Part shown: piece after piece, positions 56,463-64,000 of the stretch
Layout: each line of letters starts with the position of its first letter
How positions within the stretch are numbered: the stretch's first letter is position 1
DNA from: Tepidisphaera sp.
GTDB taxonomy: Bacteria > Planctomycetota > Phycisphaerae > Phycisphaerales > UBA1924
Direction of reading: 5' to 3'
DNA: 64,000 bases
Assembly: GCA_050916045.1 (NCBI GenBank)
Contig: CP051526.1
Coordinates: forward strand, 928,001-992,000
Made by a program: the position numbers and the translations under genes
The notes under the pieces: model-generated
Told to the model about the DNA's origin: nothing
The model's input: the letters and a program-made list of their open reading frames with translations, nothing else
Databases searched by the model: none

Positions 56463-59417
56463 TTATTTGCCCTCAAACCAGTTCCGTCCGATGTGAGCAT
56501 CCACCTTCACCGGTACGCTGAGCGTCATCGCGCCCTCCATGGCTTTCACCATCCGGGCCCGGACGTGCTCCGCGTTGGCTTCGGGGCACTCAAACACCAG
56601 TTCGTCGTGGATCTGGAGCAGCATCTTGCCTTCTTCTCGCGTCCCCCCCGTCGTGGGCGCTTGGGCGTAGAGCGCGACCATCGCGACCTTGATGAGGTCC
56701 GCCGCCGACCCCTGCACCACAGAGTTGATCGCCGTCCGTTCGGCGAAGGACCGGCGGCTTGGGTTGTTGCTGTCGATGTCCGGGATCGGACGGCGCCGCT
56801 TGAGGATCGTCTCGACGTACCCGAAGCGGCGGGCTTGCTCGACGCACTCGTGCAGGAACGTCGTGATCCCTGAGAATCGCTTCTTGTACCCGGAGATGAT
56901 CGTCTCAGCTTCTCCGTTGGAAACCCCGAGCCTTCGTGCCAGGCCGAACGCCGTGATCCCGTAGACGATGCCGAAGTTGACCATCTTCGCGCCCGACCGC
57001 ATCTCCTTTGTGACCTGGTCGAGCGGCACGCCATTGATCTGCGCCGCGACCTGCTGGTGGATGTCCTGCCCGGTCATGAAGGCTTCGATCAGGTTCGGGT
57101 CCCGCGAGAGGTGAGCAAGCAGGCGGAGCTCGATCTGCGAATAGTCCGCGGTCACGAGCACATGCCCCGGAGCCGCGACGAAAGCTCGGCGGATCTCGCG
57201 GCCGGCTTCCGTGCGGATCGGGATGTTCTGAAGGTTCGGGTCGCTGCTCGCCAAGCGGCCCGTCGCCGCGACCGTCTGGTGAAAGCTCGTGTGCACGCGG
57301 CCTGTGCGGGGGTTGATCTCCTCTCGGAGCGCGACGAGGTACGTCGAGACGAGCTTGCTGAACTGCCGATACTCGAGAATCAGCCGCGGGATCGGCGTCG
57401 CGAGCGAAGCATCCTCGCCAAGCTCCTCCAGCACCTCCGCGTCCGTCGAGTACCCCGTCTTGGTCTTCTTGGTCGGCTTGATGCCAAGCCCGGGCACATC
57501 GTCCTCCGGCTTGTTGAAAAGCACCGACGCGAGCTGCTTGGGGCTGTTGGGGTCAAACTTCCGTCCGATCGCTTTGACCGCTTCCGCGTCGAGCTTGTCC
57601 AGAATCTCGTTGATCTTGGTCTGAAGCCTGCGACGCTGCCGCTCGAGCTCATCCCCGTCCACCGTGATGCCGTTGTACTCCATCTCCGCGAGCACCGCGA
57701 CCAGCGGGCCCTCGACCTTGTCGTAAAGCTCCATCAAGCCCATGGCGCGAAGCTGCGGCAGCATCACCTCGCGCAGGTGAAGCGTCAGGTCCGCGTCCGC
57801 CGCAGCGTACGGCAGCGCGTCGTCGATCCCGACTTCGACGAACGACCTCTGGTACTTACCTGAGCCGATGAGCTCGGAGATCGACTGCTTGCCACGAGAG
57901 AGAATGGCTTCCGAAAGCGATTCAAGCCCGTGCGAGGACCGCGAGGCATCGATGAGGTACGACCCGACCATCGAGTCAAACGAGACACCCGCGAGCTCAA
58001 CGCCCGCGTTGCGGAAGATCAGCAGGTCGTACTTGATGTTGTGGCCGCACTTGGGCCGCGCCGCATCCTCAAGCACCCCGCGCAGCACCGAGAGCACCGT
58101 CGCTTCGTCCATGTGCCGCTCGGGAGTGGGGGAGCGCACGGGGATGTACACGCCCGTGCCCACCTTGGTCGACAGGCTGATCCCGCAGAGCTTGGCCTTC
58201 ATCGGCGCAAGCTCGGTCGTCTCCGTGTCGATCGCGATGATTTCCGCCGCTTTGAGCTCCAGAACGAGGTCCTCAAGCTGCGAGCGGGTCGTGATGAGTG
58301 CGTAGTCCCCCAGCGCCGGCCTCGCTTCTGTGGAGGGGCTCGTCGACACGCTTCCAAAGAGCGATTCGTGCGCGGGAACGGCTCCCCGCTGGGAAGCGAT
58401 GCTCTTCGCGGGCGTCTCCCCGCGTTCATCCTTCACCCGCTTGACCTCAAAGACGACGTCCGGCATGACCAGCGCGGGAGCGCCCGCCTGCGGCGTGCGG
58501 CCGGAGCCTTCCATGAGCGCACGAACCTCGTCCTGGTACCGGTTGAACCCGAGCGTCTTGCAGAGCGGGATCAGCCGCTCGAGCGCCAGCCGGGATGTGC
58601 GCGCCGAATCGAGCGTGAAGTCGAGCGGGACATCCTCGCGAAGCGTGATGAGCTTCCGGGTGATCTCGGCTTTGGGGATCCACGCGCGGATGTTCTCGCC
58701 GCGTTTGCCCTTGATCGTCTCGGCGGCCGCGATGACCCCCTCGACGGATCCGTACTCCTTCACCAGCGCCGCCGCGGTCTTCTCGCCCACGCCGACGATC
58801 CCCGGCACGTTGTCGGACGTGTCCCCCATCAGGATGAGCAGGTCCTTGACCTGAGCGGGTGTGATCCCGAGGTCGGCCATGAGCGTCGCGGGCGTGATGG
58901 CTTCGTCGTTGTGGACGTCGAAGAGCTCGACGCGGTCGCCCATGAGCTGCTTGAGGTCCTTGTCCTTGCTGACGATCCGGATCGCGATTTCGGGGTGTTC
59001 TTTCTCGATTGTGCGCACAAGCGTGGCGATTACGTCGTCGGCTTCGAACCCCTCCCTTCCCAGAAGCGGGACGCCGATCTCCTTGAGGACCGCGATGCAG
59101 CGATCGACCTGCACGAAGAGGTCGTCCGGCGGCGGGGGCCGGTTCATCTTGTAGTTGGGGTCGATCTCGGACCGGAACGTGCCGGTGTCGGAGGAGACGT
59201 CGAGCGCGACGGCAACGTACGCGGGCGGGCCGCCGAGCTTGCCTTGGCCGCGCAAAAGCTTGAGCATCATCCCGAGGAACCCGAACGTCATGTTCGTCGG
59301 CTCTTTGGTGACGGGCGAGGTCAGGGGCGATCGGATGGCGTGATACGCCCGGAAAAACTGGGCGTACCCGTCGATGATGTAGAGGGTGGGGCGCGTTTCG
59401 GACCGGTGTTCAGCCAT
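56463..59417 (-). CDS. polA: DNA polymerase I
   Basis: 5' nuclease (IDG...FRAYHA, EADDVIATL, GD.SDN.PG), 3'-5' exo (DTETT, HNIKYD), polymerase (TGRLASSDPNLQNIP, DYSQIELR, KMVNFGIVYG, QIHDEL). Confidence 0.98.
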   Translation of the reverse strand: MAEHRSETRPTLYIIDGYAQFFRAYHAIRSPLTSPVTKEPTNMTFGFLGMMLKLLRGQGKLGGPPAYVAVALDVSSDTGTFRSEIDPNYKMNRPPPPDDLFVQVDRCIAVLKEIGVPLLGREGFEADDVIATLVRTIEKEHPEIAIRIVSKDKDLKQLMGDRVELFDVHNDEAITPATLMADLGITPAQVKDLLILMGDTSDNVPGIVGVGEKTAAALVKEYGSVEGVIAAAETIKGKRGENIRAWIPKAEITRKLITLREDVPLDFTLDSARTSRLALERLIPLCKTLGFNRYQDEVRALMEGSGRTPQAGAPALVMPDVVFEVKRVKDERGETPAKSIASQRGAVPAHESLFGSVSTSPSTEARPALGDYALITTRSQLEDLVLELKAAEIIAIDTETTELAPMKAKLCGISLSTKVGTGVYIPVRSPTPERHMDEATVLSVLRGVLEDAARPKCGHNIKYDLLIFRNAGVELAGVSFDSMVGSYLIDASRSSHGLESLSEAILSRGKQSISELIGSGKYQRSFVEVGIDDALPYAAADADLTLHLREVMLPQLRAMGLMELYDKVEGPLVAVLAEMEYNGITVDGDELERQRRRLQTKINEILDKLDAEAVKAIGRKFDPNSPKQLASVLFNKPEDDVPGLGIKPTKKTKTGYSTDAEVLEELGEDASLATPIPRLILEYRQFSKLVSTYLVALREEINPRTGRVHTSFHQTVAATGRLASSDPNLQNIPIRTEAGREIRRAFVAAPGHVLVTADYSQIELRLLAHLSRDPNLIEAFMTGQDIHQQVAAQINGVPLDQVTKEMRSGAKMVNFGIVYGITAFGLARRLGVSNGEAETIISGYKKRFSGITTFLHECVEQARRFGYVETILKRRRPIPDIDSNNPSRRSFAERTAINSVVQGSAADLIKVAMVALYAQAPTTGGTREEGKMLLQIHDELVFECPEANAEHVRARMVKAMEGAMTLSVPVKVDAHIGRNWFEGK

Positions 59418-59441
59418 CGCGGAGCATCCCTTCGGACAACA

Positions 59442-60701
59442 TCACGCCCCGCCGCCCGAAAGGTCCTTGACGCGGGCTTCGTACACCGCGGTGGGCGTCA
59501 CCTTGCGCCGGCCCATCATCGCCCGAGCGGTCTCCATGAACTTGTCGTGTCGGAAGACCTTGGGTGAGGGGCTCGCGTCCGTGCTCCACGCGAACCGCGG
59601 CGTCGTGCCGGTAATAGGCGCGGTCTGGGCGAACATCCCGCCGGTCTGCAGGATCGCGCCGGTCATGATCCGCGTGCCGATCGCGGTCTTCACGTGGTCG
59701 CCGGCGATCATGCCCAGGAACTGCAATCCCGTGCGTTCATTGCTTCCGCCCGGGGTCTTCGCGACCACCTCGCCGTAGGTGTTGAGGAGGTTGCTGTTGA
59801 CGGTCCCCGCGCCGAGGTTCACCCACTCGCCCAGCCAGGAATCACCCAGGTGTCCATCGTGGCCCTTGTTGCTGTAGCCCTGCATGATGGTACCGCCGAT
59901 CTCGCCGGCGGCTTTGCACCAAGGGCCGATCGCGGTGTGGGCTTTGATGAGGGCTTTGTCGAGCACCGTCGCGTGCTCACCGATGTACGCGGGTCCGGAG
60001 ATGGTGGCACCGGGCCGGATGGTTGCGTGGGCCGCGATGACGATGGGGCCTGCTTCCATGTCGAGCGTCACGCCGGGATAGACGACGGCGGTGGGGTCGA
60101 TCGACTGCGGGTGCTCACCGATGCCGAGCACGCCCGGGGGCAGTTCCCGCTCCGCCGGCTTGCGGAGCAGTTCGAGATCGATGTCGATGCACCGATCGCG
60201 GAACGTGATCACGTGCCAGGGCCGGGAGAGCAGCGCCGGTGCCGGCTGCTCGCCGCTGACCGGAACGGGAAGCGATCCGGTCTGGAGGAACTCGCGGAAC
60301 TCCGCGGGCTCAAGGACCGCGGCGATGAGGTGGTTGGATCCGGCTTCCACGATCGCCTGCCCGGGCTCGAGCGAAAGGATGAAGTCGTACGGGAGGGCGC
60401 AGCGGCCGTTGATGAACAGCCGGGGTTCGGAGGTGCGCGGGAGGGAGTTGATCGCGACGGGGCGGTCGGGCTCGTCCAGCATCGTGCGAGCGAGCGCGAA
60501 CGACGGCTGATCGGCGTGACGCTCGCGGGTGAGATCGGCCAGCGCCGGGGGCACCATCAGCGAGACCGGCACCAGACCAAGGGAAAGGCAAAGCCGCTCC
60601 AGCGTCGTCAGCGCGCCCGTCCGGACGTCAAACGACGCCCGCAGGTCCGTCAACGGTGCAAGCAGCCCAAGACCATCATCGAAAAAGATCGCCTCCGTCA
60701 T
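59442..60701 (-). CDS. GlmU-like putative sugar nucleotidyltransferase with left-handed beta-helix
   Basis: PLT..R..FDVRTGALT..ERL; hexapeptide repeats; SNKGHDGHLGDSWLGEWVNLGAGT.NSNL.N.Y. Confidence 0.85.
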   Translation of the reverse strand: MTEAIFFDDGLGLLAPLTDLRASFDVRTGALTTLERLCLSLGLVPVSLMVPPALADLTRERHADQPSFALARTMLDEPDRPVAINSLPRTSEPRLFINGRCALPYDFILSLEPGQAIVEAGSNHLIAAVLEPAEFREFLQTGSLPVPVSGEQPAPALLSRPWHVITFRDRCIDIDLELLRKPAERELPPGVLGIGEHPQSIDPTAVVYPGVTLDMEAGPIVIAAHATIRPGATISGPAYIGEHATVLDKALIKAHTAIGPWCKAAGEIGGTIMQGYSNKGHDGHLGDSWLGEWVNLGAGTVNSNLLNTYGEVVAKTPGGSNERTGLQFLGMIAGDHVKTAIGTRIMTGAILQTGGMFAQTAPITGTTPRFAWSTDASPSPKVFRHDKFMETARAMMGRRKVTPTAVYEARVKDLSGGGA

Positions 60702-60773
60702 GCCGGGCAGTGTAACGCGCCAGTGAGGGTCTTCGCTTGGGCCCGGATTCCTGCTTGTTGAGGGGGCTTTGCT

Positions 60774-61043
60774 TCACATGGTCGGTGTCGGGTTGGGCGG
60801 CATGGGCCCGGGAGCGGGGAGTGGCACGGGGGTGGTGCCGGGATCCGGGCCGGGGATCGGTGAGGGACCGCGGTCCGGATTGGGCTCAGGCCGCGAGGGA
60901 GCGGGCCGCGGGGGGAGGGTCGGCGAGGGGGGCGGCGAGCCGGGAGGGGCGTGAGGGGGCACGGAAGGCTGGTTGGGGAGTGGTTCCGGCGGGGTCGCCG
61001 GGAGGGGCGAGGGAAAGGGGTTCGGCAAAGGTGTTTGTGACAA
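60774..61043 (-). CDS. Small, extremely proline-rich hypothetical protein
   Basis: 89-aa ORF with TTG start preceded by GGAG; fills the gap between mreD and the next gene. Confidence 0.4.
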   Translation of the reverse strand: MSQTPLPNPFPSPLPATPPEPLPNQPSVPPHAPPGSPPPSPTLPPRPAPSRPEPNPDRGPSPIPGPDPGTTPVPLPAPGPMPPNPTPTM

Positions 61044-61151
61044 ACTCGTGTCTCCGCAAGCCGGGTCGCGATGTGCGAACCCTGCTTGCGATGAGCATCG
61101 TGCGTCATTGCTTCCGCCGACTGAAAGCCTGATGAGGCGACCTTCGCGCTG

Positions 61152-61721
61152 TTACCTTCCGATGCCCCGACGCGTCGGGCCGGAGTAGAACCCCAGGATC
61201 GGGTTCAGCATCAAAAGCACCGCGCCCAACGGCAGCGCGACCAGGCCCGTATAGACCGACGAGAGAAGCCCCTGCCACAGGGCCGTCCCCGGGCGGAAGT
61301 CCATCGGGTCATACAGCGACCGGATCGAGAGCAGCGCCACCACAAGCACCGTGCACACCGAGCCGCCCAGCAGCGCGAGAAACGCGAGTGAGATGGGGTT
61401 CTTGCGGAACACCACCCCGCGCATGGTGAGCGTGAACTGCGCCAGAAGCACATAGCCGAGCACGTTGGGGCCCAGCACGATGAGGTCCGACGCGCCCGCA
61501 GGGCTCACCAACACGCGACGCGACGAAAGGTCGACGCACGCGCCGAGAAGCACGGCGGCCCACAGTGCGTGCGGCTTGGGTGCGCCCATTGCCACGTAGA
61601 CCGCGAGGATCAGAACAAAGCTCGGCGCGATCCCCTGCTCGCCGAAGGGCATCGCCGCTCGCAGGCCGATTTCCAGACCGACGAAGATCCACGCCAGCAG
61701 AAGGAAGGGGATCCACCTCAT
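61152..61721 (-). CDS. mreD: Rod shape-determining protein MreD
   Basis: About 5 TM segments, 'P...LIL..Y', 'G...DL', 'GP..LGY'; follows mreC. Confidence 0.75.
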   Translation of the reverse strand: MRWIPFLLLAWIFVGLEIGLRAAMPFGEQGIAPSFVLILAVYVAMGAPKPHALWAAVLLGACVDLSSRRVLVSPAGASDLIVLGPNVLGYVLLAQFTLTMRGVVFRKNPISLAFLALLGGSVCTVLVVALLSIRSLYDPMDFRPGTALWQGLLSSVYTGLVALPLGAVLLMLNPILGFYSGPTRRGIGR

Positions 61722-62626
61722 CGCGCCGCCCCCTCAACCCCGCCCATGGCTTGGAGCCTGAGCAGCAATTCGGAGAGTCGCTCGATGTTCACCGTGGGCC
61801 TCACGACGATGACCTGCCGGAGCGGATCGCTCGGGGAGGGCGAGACCGACTCCACCCTGCCGACGATCAGCATCCGGGCGCTCTTGGGCCAGTCCATGTC
61901 GTCCAGCCGCACGATCTGTCCCACCGCCGCGGCCGGGGCGCCCGCGCCGGGATCGACGCTCGCGTCGCCCGAGATCCGGAGCACATCGCCTTTGAGCGTG
62001 CCGTCACCCACCGGCACCAGATTGGCTCCGATCTCGGCCGGGCCTTCGCCGGTCATGATCGCGACCTGGATCTTGCCCGCCGATCGCCGCGTGATGGGCA
62101 TCACAAAGCACGTCGGGCCGGACGAAGAGGTGACGCGGCCGACAAGCTGAAGTCCGGTCGTGGTCGCCACCGTGGTCCGATCCGTCTCGATCGAGGGGCC
62201 CGTCCGAACCGAAAGCAGCCCCGCCGAGAGATCGGCCGATGTTCCGATCACCGGGGCGACAAGCTGCTGCACGCGGGCTTCGGGGTTGAGGGAAAGCCCG
62301 AGCTGGAGCTCACGGATCATCTCGCGGAGACGCTGCGTCTCTGCACGCTCGCGGAGGTAGAGAGTCTCGAACTCCTGCTTGCGCTCTTCGAGAAGCTTGA
62401 GTTCCTCGGCTTTGGGCGGTTCGGGTGGGGAAAGCACCGACCGCGACATCGCGAGAACGTTCCGCGAGATCGGCGCCGTCGGAATGATCACCAGACGCGA
62501 AAGCTCACCCACCCAGCCGGACCACCGGGCGGGGATCAGCGCGAAAATCCCGGAGAGCACCAAGGCTCCGGGAAGCAGGAGCCTTTCCATCCCCGTCCCG
62601 GAATGATGCGATCGGTGGTGGCTCAT
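61718..62626 (-). CDS. mreC: Rod shape-determining protein MreC
   Basis: TM + coiled coil + A.VIG...LVGRV......V..IT, W P....VGRV..V; between mreB and mreD. Confidence 0.8.
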   Translation of the reverse strand: MSHHRSHHSGTGMERLLLPGALVLSGIFALIPARWSGWVGELSRLVIIPTAPISRNVLAMSRSVLSPPEPPKAEELKLLEERKQEFETLYLRERAETQRLREMIRELQLGLSLNPEARVQQLVAPVIGTSADLSAGLLSVRTGPSIETDRTTVATTTGLQLVGRVTSSSGPTCFVMPITRRSAGKIQVAIMTGEGPAEIGANLVPVGDGTLKGDVLRISGDASVDPGAGAPAAAVGQIVRLDDMDWPKSARMLIVGRVESVSPSPSDPLRQVIVVRPTVNIERLSELLLRLQAMGGVEGAAR

Positions 62627-62651
62627 GCGTGCTCAGCGTACCCGATCGGGG

Positions 62652-63695
62652 TTATCCGTTGTTTTCGAGGTTGACCTTCCAGCGGTCCATGTTCTCAAGC
62701 CAGATGGCCGTCCCGCGGGCGACGCAGGTCAGCGGGTCGTCCGCCAGGCGGGTGTCCAGGCCGGTGGCTTTCTGGATGACGGACGTCAGGCCGCGGAGCA
62801 GCGATCCGCCGCCCGCCATGACGATGCCGTTGTCGACCAGGTCGGCGGCGAGTTCGGGCTCGACGGTTTCGAGGGTGCGGGAGACGGCCTGAACGATCGA
62901 TGAGACGGGCTCCTGCAGGGCTTCGCGGATCTCCTCGCTGGTGACGACGGTCTTGCGCGGCAGGCCGGAGATCATGTCCCGGCCGCGGACTTCCATGCTG
63001 GTCTCGGGACCGGTGGCGGCGGCGGAGCCGATCTCGATCTTGACACGTTCGGCGGTCTGCTCGCCGATCATCATGTTGTAAGCCCGCTTCATGTGGCTGA
63101 TGATGGCTTCGTCCATGTCGTCGCCGGCGACGCGGACGCTTTCGCAGGTGGCGATGCCGCCGAGCGAAAGAACGGCGACCTCGGTGGTGCCGCCGCCGAT
63201 GTCGACGATCATGCTCGCGGTGGGCTCGACGAAGGGCAGGCCGGCGCCGATGGCGGCGGCGACGGGTTCCTTGATGAGGTAGGTGCGGCGGGCCCCGGCG
63301 CGGGCGGCGGACTGGTAGACCGCTTCCTTCTCGACGGCGGTGATGCCCGAGGGAACGCTGACGACGACGCGCGGGCCGAAGATCTTGCTCTTGCCGTTCA
63401 CCTTGCGGATGAAGTACGCGAGCATGGCTTCGGTGATGTCAAAGTCAGAAATGACGCCGTCCTTGAGCGGACGGACGGCCGTGATGTCTCCGGGGGTCTT
63501 GCCGAGCATCTCCTTGGCGACCCAGCCGACGGCGTTGCCGTTCCACAGGACCTTGTTGGTCCCCTTTTCGACCGCGACGACGCTGGGCTCGTTCAGTACG
63601 ATGCCCTGGCCGCGAACGGACACAAGCGTGTTGCAGGTGCCCAGATCGATGCCCATATCAACGCTGAAAAGACCAAGAAAGCGGTCTAGAAACAA
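62652..63695 (-). CDS. mreB: Rod shape-determining actin-like protein MreB
   Basis: GIDLGTCNTLV, EPSVVA, RPLKDGVI.DF, VPSGITAVE, EPVAAAIGAGL, VDIGGGTTEVA, GEQTAE.VK, GGGSLL, PLTCVARG. Confidence 0.98.
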   Translation of the reverse strand: MFLDRFLGLFSVDMGIDLGTCNTLVSVRGQGIVLNEPSVVAVEKGTNKVLWNGNAVGWVAKEMLGKTPGDITAVRPLKDGVISDFDITEAMLAYFIRKVNGKSKIFGPRVVVSVPSGITAVEKEAVYQSAARAGARRTYLIKEPVAAAIGAGLPFVEPTASMIVDIGGGTTEVAVLSLGGIATCESVRVAGDDMDEAIISHMKRAYNMMIGEQTAERVKIEIGSAAATGPETSMEVRGRDMISGLPRKTVVTSEEIREALQEPVSSIVQAVSRTLETVEPELAADLVDNGIVMAGGGSLLRGLTSVIQKATGLDTRLADDPLTCVARGTAIWLENMDRWKVNLENNG

Positions 63696-64000
63696 GTGCG
63701 GCCTCCTGCCTGCTCGGAAACTCTACCCCGGCCCCCGGAACGCAATCCCCGCAATTTACCTGCAACCGTCCGGTCCTGCCGTGGCCCGGTGGCTGGCGGC
63801 CGCGGACCCCAACACGTTCCGGACCGCCATGCATCATTATTGCCCATCCGCTGCCGCTCAGCGCGATTGTGAAGACTTCGTTGAGATTCGGCGCGGACCG
63901 TCGTTCCGGCGGCCCGCTGGCTCGGCTTGCTCTACCCTTCCCCCCACCCGTGTATCGGAGTCCAGCATGGCGTCCGTGCTCATTCTTGTCGGCCGCAACA

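Noticed and set aside
63696..64000. Possible ncRNA or gene upstream of mreB
   Set aside because: No recognisable RNA motif; a possible ATG near 63968 is truncated by the window edge and cannot be assessed.

Overview
High-GC bacterial chromosomal window. The gene families point to Planctomycetota, probably class Phycisphaerae (inference from the TIGR02999-type ECF sigma/Ser-Thr kinase pair, C-terminal 'C-x-x-DFN...GC' dockerin-like tags, and the CxxCxYD...CxECG membrane-protein family). Core genes are a dcw-like cluster (rsmH-lysM-ftsL-ftsI, truncated at the left edge), pheA, a near-complete type II secretion operon, prmC, polA, a GlmU-like nucleotidyltransferase and mreBCD. Between them lie secreted tagged proteins (HAF-repeat proteins, an M10-type metalloprotease, PhoD), an efflux triad, and an accessory region at about 23.4-35.2 kb. 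That region holds an FN3-like protein ending in LAA, a type III restriction-modification pair, REP-like hairpins, two strictly phased degenerate 21-bp arrays, a frameshifted VOC gene, tandem zinc-ribbon membrane proteins and an nrtR-prs-nampt operon. The best leads are: (i) the nrtR-prs-nampt operon as a possible chromosomal, ADP-ribose-sensing version of the phage NARP1 (Adps/Namat) NAD+ reconstitution pathway; (ii) the 21-bp phased arrays and the FN3/LAA protein around the RM locus; (iii) a duplicated pheA 3' end with almost purely synonymous divergence flanking a cargo gene; (iv) interchangeable C-terminal sorting tags. No tRNA, rRNA, CRISPR array, integrase or transposase was recognised. 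All calls are from motif reading by eye, and start codons are best guesses.
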